DNA of 39,664 bases from a virus (Duplodnaviria > Caudoviricetes): IMG/VR virus record IMGVR_UViG_3300032212_000057, positions 1 to 39,664 of that record, one strand, 5' to 3'. Below are positions 27,592 to 35,906 of this stretch, one piece after another. The notes beneath the pieces are model-generated. The model saw nothing but the letters and a program-made list of their open reading frames with translations. It was not told the origin of the DNA and ran no database searches. Every line of letters starts with the position of its first letter. Positions within the stretch are counted from its first letter, which is position 1. The position numbers were made by a program, and so were the translations under genes.

Positions 27592-27747
27592 TTATAAATC
27601 ATCAACCATTTCTTCGACTAACGTTTGCAAACAATCTAAATCATCATTCAAATTCATTTCCTTCGCTTTCTTCCAAAGCTTATCTTCATGTTTTTTATTT
27701 AAAACAACTTCATAAGCTCTTACTGGTTCTTTTTTATTTTTACCCAT
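27592..27747 (-). CDS. Small 51-aa hypothetical protein
   Basis: Hand translation MGKNKKEPVRAYEVVL...VDDL. Confidence 0.45.
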   Translation of the reverse strand: MGKNKKEPVRAYEVVLNKKHEDKLWKKAKEMNLNDDLDCLQTLVEEMVDDL

Positions 27748-27870
27748 ACTCAATCCACCAATACTTTAAAAACAACAGGACAAAAAGCACATTTCGCACA
27801 TTTAAAATTGCATTTATCAATATGTTTTGAACATTCTGCAACTTTATTCATAGTTTGCTTCTCAACTTTT

Positions 27871-28169
27871 CCAACAAATCGACTTAAAACAATTCTTGCT
27901 GGCGTTATATTCCTAATCCGTCATTAAATACAAACCAGCAAATATAATAGTTACCCCAACAATCGCTCCTAACCATATTAACGCAGCACGGATAAACCCA
28001 AATTCAATTACCATGTATACAGTTATAAAAATAAATGGTGAGGCTAGCAACCAAAAGCCTAATAATTTTTTCATAAATCACCTTACCCGATCACACCTGA
28101 TCATTTATTACGCTTTTGGTTTAAAAGCATCTTCACGACCAACAAATCGACTTAAAACAATTCTTGCTG
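27871..28169. repeat. 31-bp direct repeat (27871-27901 and 28139-28169)
   Basis: CCAACAAATCGACTTAAAACAATTCTTGCTG present twice, 268 bp apart. Confidence 0.9.
27913..28074 (-). CDS. Small 53-aa two-TM membrane protein, cassette-like
   Basis: Hand translation MKKLLGFWLLASPF...LYLMTD; RBS AAGGTGA; lies between the 31-bp repeats. Confidence 0.6.
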   Translation of the reverse strand: MKKLLGFWLLASPFIFITVYMVIEFGFIRAALIWLGAIVGVTIIFAGLYLMTD

Positions 28170-28746
28170 CGGCGACTTCTTCGGCTGTTGGTTCTGGTCC
28201 TTTGATTTGCGGAACATCACAAACAGGAATAACAAACCTTTCACCAGCCACATAAAGTCTAAATAAATTTCGATAGTGCTTTTCAAAAGCTTTACGTGAT
28301 TTATTTTCAGGCCACGTTCTGAATTCCCACTGCCCGACTTTAGTAACAGCATGCCAAACGATAGCTATACGCCAATCTCCCCGCGTAGCCATTAAATACG
28401 CTTCATCCTCATCTGGTAAACGATAGTCATTAAATTCTGGCGTACAATATCTTGAGAAAGTAGAAAGATTGGGCGAATGTGTTTCTCCAAGCTCCTCACA
28501 TTTTTTTTTACCCAGCTCAATATGTGCCGGTGTAAATTTCTTGCGTTGAAAATGTTTTAACCAGGTCTTTGCTTGCTTGCCATACTGCGAAGTAAAACTT
28601 GAACCGAACAACCCTTCCATAAACTCCCACAGGACAATCATTACTTCGCTATCAATATCAAGTTTCGTGTTCATATACCCTATGTCCTCCCAGCAGCTGT
28701 TCTTCTGCGAGCTCTTTTGCGCTAAGACGCTTGTTTTTACTGACAT
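28108..28746 (-). CDS. Replication protein P-like (helicase loader-type)
   Basis: Downstream of and overlapping the initiator; LWEFMEGLFGSSFTSQYG, PNLSTF..YC and LPDEDEAY motifs; RBS GGAG before ATG 28746. Confidence 0.65.
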   Translation of the reverse strand: MSVKTSVLAQKSSQKNSCWEDIGYMNTKLDIDSEVMIVLWEFMEGLFGSSFTSQYGKQAKTWLKHFQRKKFTPAHIELGKKKCEELGETHSPNLSTFSRYCTPEFNDYRLPDEDEAYLMATRGDWRIAIVWHAVTKVGQWEFRTWPENKSRKAFEKHYRNLFRLYVAGERFVIPVCDVPQIKGPEPTAEEVAAARIVLSRFVGREDAFKPKA

Positions 28747-29608
28747 GATGGACTCCTTGGGGAAGTTTTTTATTTCTATCTCGAATAATTTGAGCAGCAA
28801 AATTTTTATAATATGCGGGGGTATCAGGACGTGCACCTAACTTGCTCTCAGCCGCCTCTATAGCAACAACAGCTTCGCTTAACGTGAAATTAGAATCACA
28901 CCACAGTCTGAACATCGTCATCACATTAATCGTCCTGACTTCATGTAAAGCATATCTTGCCTTATCCATTAAGAACTGCCCCCACTCGCTGCCGCTGGTA
29001 GGCGCGTGTTTTAACTTTTCTTCATCAAGCAATATTTGCACTGGTATAGTTAGGTTAGGTATACCTGATCCCTGATGTATGTCGTTCATACCCTCTTGTT
29101 GTTGGTTGTTCCTCTGGTTGTTCTTATTCTCAAAACTAACGACATTTAAAGGCTTTGCGGCGCTTTTTGTTGGTTGTTCCTCTGGTTGTTCCTCTTGGTT
29201 GTTCATTGGTTGTTCCTCATTAGAACCTGAAGATTCACCACCAGAAGAATTACCATTTTTTAAAGTGGCCGTGGGGGAAAAACGGTTAACCGTGGCCAAA
29301 GGCAACCGATAAATAGGTTGTTGCATACGTTTACTAACTAATTGCAGCAAGCCGCGTCTTAATAGCTGTTGTATTGCTGCACGCAATTGATTCCGCGTAG
29401 GCTTAATGTTTTGATATTTACTGCCTCGTTCACGTATCGTTTCGCACGTTTCAATCATCATCTGATAACTTATTTTACGAACCGCGCCCACCAGTCCAGA
29501 GTTATAATCCATGTGCCGCCGAAAACAACGCAAATAAACAATTTGCGTTAAAGGAGGCAAGCCTTGTAGCTCAAACTCTTCTTCGTCGTTCCATTGAGTA
29601 GATGGCAT
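28658..29608 (-). CDS. Replication initiator (O-like)
   Basis: 316 aa; N-terminal winged-HTH-like region, iteron-encoded linker EEQP repeats; after the cII-like gene. Confidence 0.75.
   Translation of the reverse strand: MPSTQWNDEEEFELQGLPPLTQIVYLRCFRRHMDYNSGLVGAVRKISYQMMIETCETIRERGSKYQNIKPTRNQLRAAIQQLLRRGLLQLVSKRMQQPIYRLPLATVNRFSPTATLKNGNSSGGESSGSNEEQPMNNQEEQPEEQPTKSAAKPLNVVSFENKNNQRNNQQQEGMNDIHQGSGIPNLTIPVQILLDEEKLKHAPTSGSEWGQFLMDKARYALHEVRTINVMTMFRLWCDSNFTLSEAVVAIEAAESKLGARPDTPAYYKNFAAQIIRDRNKKLPQGVHHVSKNKRLSAKELAEEQLLGGHRVYEHET
29103..29218. repeat. Iteron-like repeats / replication origin inside the initiator gene
   Basis: Six copies of TGGTTGTTC (four as TGGTTGTTCCTC) at 29103, 29115, 29171, 29183, 29196 and 29207. 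Confidence 0.75.
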
Positions 29609-29625
29609 TTTGATTACTCGACCAA

Positions 29626-30096
29626 TTAAGGCATTAAGCTTTCGATGTTTTCACGACTGAAATTCACGATTTTTTCTGAATCCTCGTAATAAACTTCATC
29701 CCTACCTTGCTCAATACGCGAAAGGTGCTGAGTGGCATGCGCCAGAAAATTTGCAGCATCGTTAATACCGCGAGAGATATTCGCCAGCTGTTCCTCGACA
29801 CTCACTGGCTGAGGAACGCTTAACTCAAGCTCGTTGCACATAAAAAATATAGCGTCATAATGCTTTGTGAATTTTGAAACAGCAATCAATTCAGAAAGTT
29901 TAAAAAACTCAGCCTTGTCTTTATTCAAGCAAGCCCGGACACGTGCCGCCCCAGTGTCAAGCGACTTACCTTTCCAAATACCATCAACCTCGATTAAATG
30001 ATGGGCAATTTCTTGAGAACCAAACCCACCACACATTTCAGTTAATGCTTCATAACCATCACGATAATTTTTCACGTCCTCGCCCTCCGCTAACAC
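29626..30096 (-). CDS. CII-like regulator
   Basis: Position between cro and the initiator; CLN.DKAEFFKLSEL pattern; start uncertain. Confidence 0.55.
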   Translation of the reverse strand: MLAEGEDVKNYRDGYEALTEMCGGFGSQEIAHHLIEVDGIWKGKSLDTGAARVRACLNKDKAEFFKLSELIAVSKFTKHYDAIFFMCNELELSVPQPVSVEEQLANISRGINDAANFLAHATQHLSRIEQGRDEVYYEDSEKIVNFSRENIESLMP

Positions 30097-30252
30097 GTGG
30101 ATTGCTGAGGAAACTCAGGCCAGCCATACTGCAACCATGAATAACCGAATCCACAAAAATAAAAAAAGGCCATCCGCATGGGGAAACGGACAGCCAAAAG
30201 TACTGCTATCGCAGTACACCCAACTTCAGGAAAAGAATTGCAACCTGGAATC

Positions 30253-30522
30253 TCATGCTGCTGACTCCTTAATGCATCCATGCTTACAGCACTTCGCCCA
30301 AGGGAAGTCCGGGCAAAGCTCTTCTTTTGTGATCGGACTCCCCTTTTTTGCGGTTAACTCTTCGATAAAAGGAGCAAATTCAGGCGGCACTTTTTCAGAA
30401 GTTATCCACGCACTAACCCGCTGCTGTATAACGTTGCACCCCGTTATTTCGCTTAATTTTGCCGCGGCCTTAGTTGGTCCACCCATAATTGCAACTGAAT
30501 TTTTAACATTTTGATTGCTCAT
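30253..30522 (-). CDS. cro: Cro-like (YdaS-type) HTH protein
   Basis: 89 aa; GGPTKAAAKL...QQRVSAW...VPPE...ELCPDFPW; divergent from cI. Confidence 0.85.
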   Translation of the reverse strand: MSNQNVKNSVAIMGGPTKAAAKLSEITGCNVIQQRVSAWITSEKVPPEFAPFIEELTAKKGSPITKEELCPDFPWAKCCKHGCIKESAA

Positions 30523-30529
30523 ACCCCCA

Positions 30530-30601
30530 AATATACAAACATATTTGTAATAGATCAACAAATATTTTTGCATTACTTAAAACAAGCAAATTTGTGAGAA
30601 T
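30530..30601. promoter_or_regulatory. OR region: three 14-bp operators with pR and pRM
   Basis: ACAAACATATTTGT (30535), ACAAATATTTTTGC (30558), ACAAGCAAATTTGT (30582); pR TTGATC-17-TATATT on minus; pRM TTACTT-17-GAGAAT on plus. Confidence 0.8.
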
Positions 30602-30606
30602 AAGGC

Positions 30607-31122
30607 ATGACTAACAATTTTTTAACATACAGCGATCGACTCAACTACGCGATAAAGCTTGCTAAAGACACTTTTGACCCCAAAATGAGCCAATCTAAAC
30701 TTGCCAGGGCAATAGGAGTAACACCGCAAACAGTGCAATATTTGTGTTCCAATCAAAGAGAACAAAATAAGGGCAGTAAATACACAGGGCAACTTGCAAA
30801 AATACTAAGAGTGGATAGTCACTGGCTTGAAACAGGTCAAGGGGAATACGCTCTACTAGAAGTAAAGGAAGAGCCCGCTGAATACTCGCCCCTTCTTAAC
30901 AAAATGGCTGTAAAAGACACCATTACTTTTATCAGGTACATCGAACACAAGGTTGAAGCCGAGCTATCCATAGAAGAATGGACAACTCTCTTCACACATT
31001 TTTACGAAAAATATGATGCCAGCTACAAAAAAGGCATTAAAGTTGATAAAACAGAATTAGCATTAGATTTCCATAGTCTTATGGATGAATTAAAATCCAC
31101 AAAAAGCACCATAAAAAGCTAA
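30607..31122 (+). CDS. cI: CI-like repressor (434-type HTH, no S24 peptidase domain evident)
   Basis: SQSKLARAIGVTPQTVQYL...LAKILRVDSHWLETG resembles the 434 repressor N-domain; flanked by operator triplets. Confidence 0.85.
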   Translation: MTNNFLTYSDRLNYAIKLAKDTFDPKMSQSKLARAIGVTPQTVQYLCSNQREQNKGSKYTGQLAKILRVDSHWLETGQGEYALLEVKEEPAEYSPLLNKMAVKDTITFIRYIEHKVEAELSIEEWTTLFTHFYEKYDASYKKGIKVDKTELALDFHSLMDELKSTKSTIKS

Positions 31123-31234
31123 AGTTCCGCGAATAACCCCAATTCCCCTCCCTCTATATAGTTTTAGCCCCACACTTAAAACCATTAAAGCCAACTCTCT
31201 TTTAGCTTAATAGAAAGGCTTTTCTGTTATATCT

Positions 31235-31292
31235 ACAAAATTATTTGTTGACACATACAAAATAATTTGTAAGTATAGACAAAATTATTTGT
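31235..31292 (+). promoter_or_regulatory. OL region: three 14-bp operators overlapping pL
   Basis: ACAAAATTATTTGT (31235), ACAAAATAATTTGT (31257), ACAAAATTATTTGT (31279) at 22-bp spacing; TTGACA at 31248. Confidence 0.85.
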
Positions 31293-31306
31293 AAGAGGGC
31301 TAAAAC

Positions 31307-31459
31307 ATGCACAACAACCAGCAACAACTAAACGCAGAATCCCCCCTTAGCAATGCAGAACGTTTGAATCTTTACTGCCAGCGACGTGAAATTTACCTGC
31401 GCCACCTGGGCGAAGGCATCAAAGTTTCTTTCCCGATTAAAATTGTCCGGGTTCATTAA
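31307..31459 (+). CDS. Small 50-aa first gene of the pL operon
   Basis: RBS AGAGGG; hand translation MHNNQQQL...IVRVH; stop 1 nt before the next ATG. Confidence 0.5.
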   Translation: MHNNQQQLNAESPLSNAERLNLYCQRREIYLRHLGEGIKVSFPIKIVRVH

Positions 31460-31460
31460 A

Positions 31461-31781
31461 ATGGCAAAAACAAAAAAGAACCCGTGGACTTCAGACGAGG
31501 AAGCTAAGTTAAGAGAGCTGCGCAAAAAAAAATATAAAACAGCAGCAATTGCTAAAATCTTAGGTCGTTCAGTCTGTTCAGTTTATAGAAAAATTAACGT
31601 ATTAAATCGCTATAACGCAATCAACTCCCCCTTTGGCTACGCTAAAGCCAATCAAAAAACACGCAGCTGTCTTCGTTGCAAAAATACTTTTCTATCCGAA
31701 GGCAGTGGCAACCGACTATGCGGCTCATGCAAAGCAACCAATAGCACCAAAAACGATATTCAATATGCAATCGGCATATAG
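31461..31781 (+). CDS. GcrA/SANT-like HTH plus Zn-finger protein
   Basis: WTSDEEAKL...IAKILGRS..SV; CLRC...CGSC. Confidence 0.65.
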   Translation: MAKTKKNPWTSDEEAKLRELRKKKYKTAAIAKILGRSVCSVYRKINVLNRYNAINSPFGYAKANQKTRSCLRCKNTFLSEGSGNRLCGSCKATNSTKNDIQYAIGI

Positions 31782-31790
31782 GTGATAAAG

Positions 31791-32171
31791 ATGAATTTAA
31801 GCACACAACAAAAAATAACTGATTTTGAGCGCGACATATTGCAATGGATATGCTCCGGTGAAAGAACCCGTCCTGCAGAAACAATCGCCCTCACTTTATT
31901 AGGCGTAGAACGTAAATATATATTCAAGCAAAAGTTTTGCATTTATGCGCCAACAACAGCAGACGAATTTCGTACCTGTCATATTTTAGTCACCTCAGTA
32001 CCCGGTGCACGCGAACAACTCGACAAACTTAAAACGCTAGGTCGCGTCTGGAAAAATGTTGTTAACAACTGGGATGGATTAGTAAAACTCTATGAAGAAG
32101 AACAGCTTCAGGCCAAACAACCAAAACTTGAAGCCTTATTGTTTGATTTAAACCAGAGGAAGGTGGCGTAA
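31791..32171 (+). CDS. Phage hypothetical protein
   Basis: W..SGE....ETI and P...DEFR.C..L...VP pattern; in operon. Confidence 0.6.
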   Translation: MNLSTQQKITDFERDILQWICSGERTRPAETIALTLLGVERKYIFKQKFCIYAPTTADEFRTCHILVTSVPGAREQLDKLKTLGRVWKNVVNNWDGLVKLYEEEQLQAKQPKLEALLFDLNQRKVA

Positions 32172-32340
32172 GTGACATCCAGGTTAACCCAGCTATCTGG
32201 AACAAAAGCAATCTTAAGCCTTGATTATGGTAACGGCGAAGTTGAGCGGGTTGCAGTAAAAAATAAAAAAATTAAACCGACCTTTCACCATGCCAGTAAG
32301 TTTACAAAAAATAATGTTGAAAAATTAAGAGAAAAAAATA

Positions 32341-32652
32341 ATGTCTAACCAACAAAAACCAAAAAATAACGTTATTCAACTAAATAAAAAGCTCGATTGC
32401 TTTTGTAAAACATGGCCGGTATCCGCACAAGACCATGCCGGAGCCCACCACCACTCATTATGCTCACATTATAAAACCGACAAGTACCCCTATTTGCTTG
32501 CCCAAGATCCAGAAGACGAGGCATGGGTTGTGGTACCAATAGACTTTCTTCAGTTTATTTGCGATGGCTTAGAAGACAATCAGGCACAAGCCATAAAATT
32601 CATGCGCTCAGACATGAGCGACGAAGAAGTCTTTAAAGAGCTTGAGTTATAA
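32341..32652 (+). CDS. Hypothetical protein (Cys/His-rich N-terminus)
   Basis: 103 aa ORF in the pL operon. Confidence 0.55.
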   Translation: MSNQQKPKNNVIQLNKKLDCFCKTWPVSAQDHAGAHHHSLCSHYKTDKYPYLLAQDPEDEAWVVVPIDFLQFICDGLEDNQAQAIKFMRSDMSDEEVFKELEL

Positions 32653-32688
32653 AAATGAAACCATTTATCCAAAACAGGAGCAATAAAA

Positions 32689-33018
32689 ATGAGTACAACA
32701 AGACCAATGACAGCATCATCCGCCGCCGGATCACTTGATAGCGCGGAAGAGCTACGAGCGCCCGGATTCGATCAAGCAATCGATAAAATTGAAGCTGCAA
32801 CCACAAGAATAGAATCAATGGTAGAGCGAGTGGCAAACTTAACATCAAGAATCACCGGAGAATATAGCGCGCAAGCAATGATCACCAACGGCGAAAACAA
32901 CACACCTCCTGTGCCAGAAGGTTATCTGCCCCGACTCCACAACCAGGCTAATTTACTGCACCACATTATAGATATAACAGAATGCAAAGTAGATGAGCTT
33001 TGTAGTCATTTAGATTAA
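32689..33018 (+). CDS. Hypothetical coiled-coil protein
   Basis: 109 aa; RBS AGGAG. Confidence 0.6.
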   Translation: MSTTRPMTASSAAGSLDSAEELRAPGFDQAIDKIEAATTRIESMVERVANLTSRITGEYSAQAMITNGENNTPPVPEGYLPRLHNQANLLHHIIDITECKVDELCSHLD

Positions 33019-33053
33019 TCATTGTTAAGCGCTACAGCACTAGGAGAATTGAG

Positions 33054-33269
33054 ATGGGAGATTTTATTTTTACAAAAGTTTTGCCAGTAATTGCGATCCC
33101 AGTCGTTGGCCTTTTGATTTACATAATATGTATATGGATGCCGGTACATTTATCAAACGAGGCAGATTGCTTGGAAATGGGATACCCGAAAACAAATACG
33201 ACTATTGGGCTGAAAGGGTATTGCATGAATCTTGATGGAGCCATTACAGGGAAAGTGATCCCACTTTAG
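33054..33269 (+). CDS. Cassette ORF: 71-aa membrane-anchored protein
   Basis: RBS AGGAG, N-terminal TM, two Cys; stop just before attC1. Confidence 0.7.
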   Translation: MGDFIFTKVLPVIAIPVVGLLIYIICIWMPVHLSNEADCLEMGYPKTNTTIGLKGYCMNLDGAITGKVIPL

Positions 33270-33271
33270 CC

Positions 33272-33334
33272 ACATAACGACTTGAGGTAACGGGCAAGAC
33301 GCTTTTTCTTGTCCCGTTGGGCGATTTGTTATAA
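33272..33334 (-). repeat. attC site 1 (63 bp)
   Basis: Minus: TTATAAC-AAATC-GCCCAACG-GGACAAGA..TCTTGCCC-GTTACCT-CAAGTC-GTTATGT. Confidence 0.8.
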
Positions 33335-33351
33335 CTCATTTATGGTGAACT

Positions 33352-34044
33352 ATGAAACTTGGTGACAGAATAAAACGATACGAAACTGTTTCACATTACA
33401 GCCTAACTGCCCGAACTCCCATTATGATTCGCGTAGATGGCAGGGCGTTCCATACGTTTACCAGAGGCATGAAGCGGCCTTTTGATTCTGATTTAATGGC
33501 GGCTATGGTTGCTGCTGCTAAAGATGTTGCTGCTGATATGCAGGGTTTTAAGGTTGGTTATGTTCAGTCCGATGAAGCCACTTTTTGCCTTACCGACTAC
33601 GACAACATTGAAACGCAAGGCTGGTTTGATTATGACCTTGCTAAGATTGTCTCATTATCAGCGGCTCTAATGTCGGTGAGATTTGCAAAGTATTTCCGCT
33701 TCACTACACATACCCCTGTATTTGATTCCAGGGTGTTTAATGTGCCAGCCAATGACGTTGTAAATGCTTTCTTGTGGAGAGCTAAGGACTGGGAGCGTAA
33801 CAGCCTGCAAATGTACTCAAGGGCGCACTACTCGCACAAAGAGCTACACGGCAAGAAGCGCAAGGATATGCACGAAATGCTATATAAGGCGGGAAAAAAC
33901 TGGGCTACTGATTTAACGATGCAGGAAAAGAATGGCACGTTTTTGATTGCGACAGATGACGGAATCACAGAACGGCACGACATTGAGCCGAGGTACGATG
34001 CCTTAAATGCTGAGTTTGGCACACTGTTTAACTATGAGTTATAA
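33352..34044 (+). CDS. Cassette ORF: Thg1-like tRNA(His) guanylyltransferase / 3'-5' polymerase
   Basis: IRVDGRAFHTFT, YVQSDE, FDSRVF and WR..DW.RNS motifs; stop TAA lies in the attC2 core. Confidence 0.92.
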   Translation: MKLGDRIKRYETVSHYSLTARTPIMIRVDGRAFHTFTRGMKRPFDSDLMAAMVAAAKDVAADMQGFKVGYVQSDEATFCLTDYDNIETQGWFDYDLAKIVSLSAALMSVRFAKYFRFTTHTPVFDSRVFNVPANDVVNAFLWRAKDWERNSLQMYSRAHYSHKELHGKKRKDMHEMLYKAGKNWATDLTMQEKNGTFLIATDDGITERHDIEPRYDALNAEFGTLFNYEL

Positions 34045-34099
34045 CGGCAAGATTAAAAAGCGCCGCTTTTAGGCGTCTTTTTTGAATGGAGTGTTAGGT
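34039..34099 (-). repeat. attC site 2 (61 bp)
   Basis: Minus: ACCTAAC-ACTCC-ATTCAAAA-AAGACGCC..GGCGCT-TTTTAAT-CTTGCC-GTTATAA. Confidence 0.9.
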
Positions 34100-34103
34100 A
34101 TTT

Positions 34104-34577
34104 ATGGACGTTAAAGAAAATATTTTAGACCCATGCTGTGGAAGTAAGATGATGTGGTTTGACAAAGAAAACCAACAGGCTTTGTTTTGTGATATTAGAA
34201 CAGAAAGCCATACGCTATGTGACGGGCGCGCATTAAATATAAAACCAGACATGGAGTTGGATTTTAGAAGTATGCCGTTTGATGATGGGAGTTTTAAATT
34301 GGTTGTTTTTGACCCTCCTCATTTAGTAAGAGCTGGCAACAAAAGCTGGTTGAAGCTCAAGTATGGAAAGCTTAACGAAAATTGGAAAGAAGACATTCAA
34401 AAAGGCTTCTCTGAGTGCTTTAGAGTTTTAGCTAAAGATGGGGTTCTAATTTTCAAGTGGAATGAAACACAGGTAAAAGTAAGTGAGTTATTAGCGTTAA
34501 CAAATAAAAAACCATTGTTTGGCCACAAGTCAGGAAAAAATATGAATACGCACTGGCTTACTTTTATGAATACCTAA
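34104..34577 (+). CDS. Cassette ORF: SAM-dependent (probably DNA amino-) methyltransferase
   Basis: ILDPCCGS (motif I) and VVFDPPH (motif IV); stop lies in the attC3 core. Confidence 0.85.
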   Translation: MDVKENILDPCCGSKMMWFDKENQQALFCDIRTESHTLCDGRALNIKPDMELDFRSMPFDDGSFKLVVFDPPHLVRAGNKSWLKLKYGKLNENWKEDIQKGFSECFRVLAKDGVLIFKWNETQVKVSELLALTNKKPLFGHKSGKNMNTHWLTFMNT

Positions 34578-34651
34578 CGCCATGATAACCGGCGCGAGGT
34601 AACGAGCGTCCGAATGAGCGATAGCGAACGATGTTTATTAACTTGTTATGA
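34572..34651 (-). repeat. attC site 3 (80 bp, branched)
   Basis: Minus: TCATAAC-AAGTT-AATAAAC..TTCGCTATCGCTCA..GGACGC..GCGCC-GGTTATC-ATGGC-GTTAGGT. Confidence 0.85.
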
Positions 34652-34668
34652 ATTTATGGAGAACAAAG

Positions 34669-34923
34669 ATGAGTGATACAAAATATGCTGTATTTGTGAA
34701 AGATGAGACCGTGGCGCAGTCAATATATAAGGATTTCGTTACAGGTGTGATGGTGGCGTTTTGCGTATACATAAGCCAAGGAAGTACTTGGTGGACATTT
34801 GTGACTGGTTTAATGTTTCTCGTTTTCCTATTTGCAAAAGTAAAGTCTTTGCTGGACAAACAGAACAACTTCAAAAGCAAAGAGGAATTACAGCACTGGG
34901 TGGAAGGGCTGGAAGATTCATAA
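34669..34923 (+). CDS. Cassette ORF: 84-aa two-TM membrane protein
   Basis: RBS GGAG; two hydrophobic segments; stop lies in the attC4 core. Confidence 0.7.
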   Translation: MSDTKYAVFVKDETVAQSIYKDFVTGVMVAFCVYISQGSTWWTFVTGLMFLVFLFAKVKSLLDKQNNFKSKEELQHWVEGLEDS

Positions 34924-34989
34924 CGGCGCTGCTCAGTTGTTGCGACTGAGCGCAGCGAAAGAGCAATCAACTGGAGAGAATTGTTATGT
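34918..34989 (-). repeat. attC site 4 (72 bp)
   Basis: Minus: ACATAAC-AATTC-TCTCCAGT-TGATTGC..GCAACA-ACTGAGC-AGCGCC-GTTATGA. Confidence 0.85.
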
Positions 34990-35246
34990 GTAATTGCAGA
35001 ACGATGAGAAGAACTTGGGAGGAAACGCAAAATGGAAGGTTTGCACCAAGCAATCACGCTCCCGCTTGCGAGGATTACGAGACTAAAAGATACGTCTGCC
35101 TGTTTGATGATGACGGCAGGAGTTTTATTGATACTGTTGAAAACCAATGTTCTTTTATGTCGCACGATGATGGTAATTGGCGGCAATCGGATATTTATAT
35201 AACAGAAGATCAATTTAATAAGCTGCAAGAGTACGCAGGCCTGTAA
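34986..35246 (+). CDS. Cassette ORF: 86-aa hypothetical protein
   Basis: ATG lies within the GTTATG core; ORF fills the cassette. Confidence 0.65.
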   Translation: MCNCRTMRRTWEETQNGRFAPSNHAPACEDYETKRYVCLFDDDGRSFIDTVENQCSFMSHDDGNWRQSDIYITEDQFNKLQEYAGL

Positions 35247-35247
35247 C

Positions 35248-35332
35248 ACATAACGGCGCTGTTAATTTGCGCCACTGATTGAACAAAGAAAAGAACGGCG
35301 CTCTCGGCGTCAAATTGAACTACTTGTTATAT
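35248..35332 (-). repeat. attC site 5 (85 bp)
   Basis: Minus: ATATAAC-AAGTA-GTTCAATT-TGACGCC..GGCGCA-AATTAAC-AGCGCC-GTTATGT; closely follows the aadA attC layout. Confidence 0.9.
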
Positions 35333-35351
35333 TTTTAATTAAGGAATAGCT

Positions 35352-35537
35352 ATGAAAGACAGACAAACAAACGGCTTTATATCTTTTGACGCATGGTTTC
35401 GGATACTTAAAAAAATGGCTATTCATAGTTATGGTTTTGAGGTTAGCGAAAACAGCCCTGATGCGTGGCAAGAATATTACGACGATGCATTTACGCCCAG
35501 AGAAGCAATAGATGAAGATCAGTATGCGGGAATATAA
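35352..35537 (+). CDS. Cassette ORF: 61-aa hypothetical protein
   Basis: RBS AAGGA; W..YY.D..TP.EAI.ED motif; stop lies in the attC6 core. Confidence 0.7.
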   Translation: MKDRQTNGFISFDAWFRILKKMAIHSYGFEVSENSPDAWQEYYDDAFTPREAIDEDQYAGI

Positions 35538-35594
35538 CGCAAAGTTAAACGGGCGCGGCTTTTCGCGCTCCGATTTTTAAACGCCTTGTTATGC
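35532..35594 (-). repeat. attC site 6 (63 bp)
   Basis: Minus: GCATAAC-AAGGC-GTTTAAAA-ATCGGAGCGCG..CGCGCCC-GTTTAAC-TTTGC-GTTATAT. Confidence 0.85.
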
Positions 35595-35611
35595 AAGGCA
35601 AGGAGATAATA

Positions 35612-35827
35612 ATGAAAGTAGGTATACAACTGAATTTCTACCTTGGCCAGCGTGTTATTTATGACGGTATGGCCGGATCTCTGAAATCACTCTCAATCGA
35701 GCAGGATGGAATTATGTGCACTGTTGTATTAGATGATCCGATCATTATTCCGCCAGAACATGGAATTGAACGGGAGATAAAAATTTACACTCAGCATGTA
35801 CCTATCCATGAATTAAGGGCTGCATAA
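35612..35827 (+). CDS. Cassette ORF: 71-aa hypothetical (SH3-like beta) protein
   Basis: RBS AAGGAG; FYLGQRVIY motif; stop lies in the attC7 core. Confidence 0.7.
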   Translation: MKVGIQLNFYLGQRVIYDGMAGSLKSLSIEQDGIMCTVVLDDPIIIPPEHGIEREIKIYTQHVPIHELRAA

Positions 35828-35885
35828 CGATTAGTTAAAGGGAAGCGCGCCTTTCGCGCTTTCCATTTTGGACAGCGTGTTATGT
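35822..35885 (-). repeat. attC site 7 (64 bp)
   Basis: Minus: ACATAAC-ACGCT-GTCCAAAA-TGGAAAGCGCG-AAAGG-CGCGCTTCC-CTTTAAC-TAATC-GTTATGC. Confidence 0.85.
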
Positions 35886-35906
35886 GTTTTAACAGAGGAT
35901 TTTAAG

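Noticed and set aside
34638-35249. 203-aa minus-strand ORF in canonical cassette orientation
   Set aside because: Crosses attC4 and overlaps two plus-strand ORFs that fit their cassettes exactly; shadow ORF
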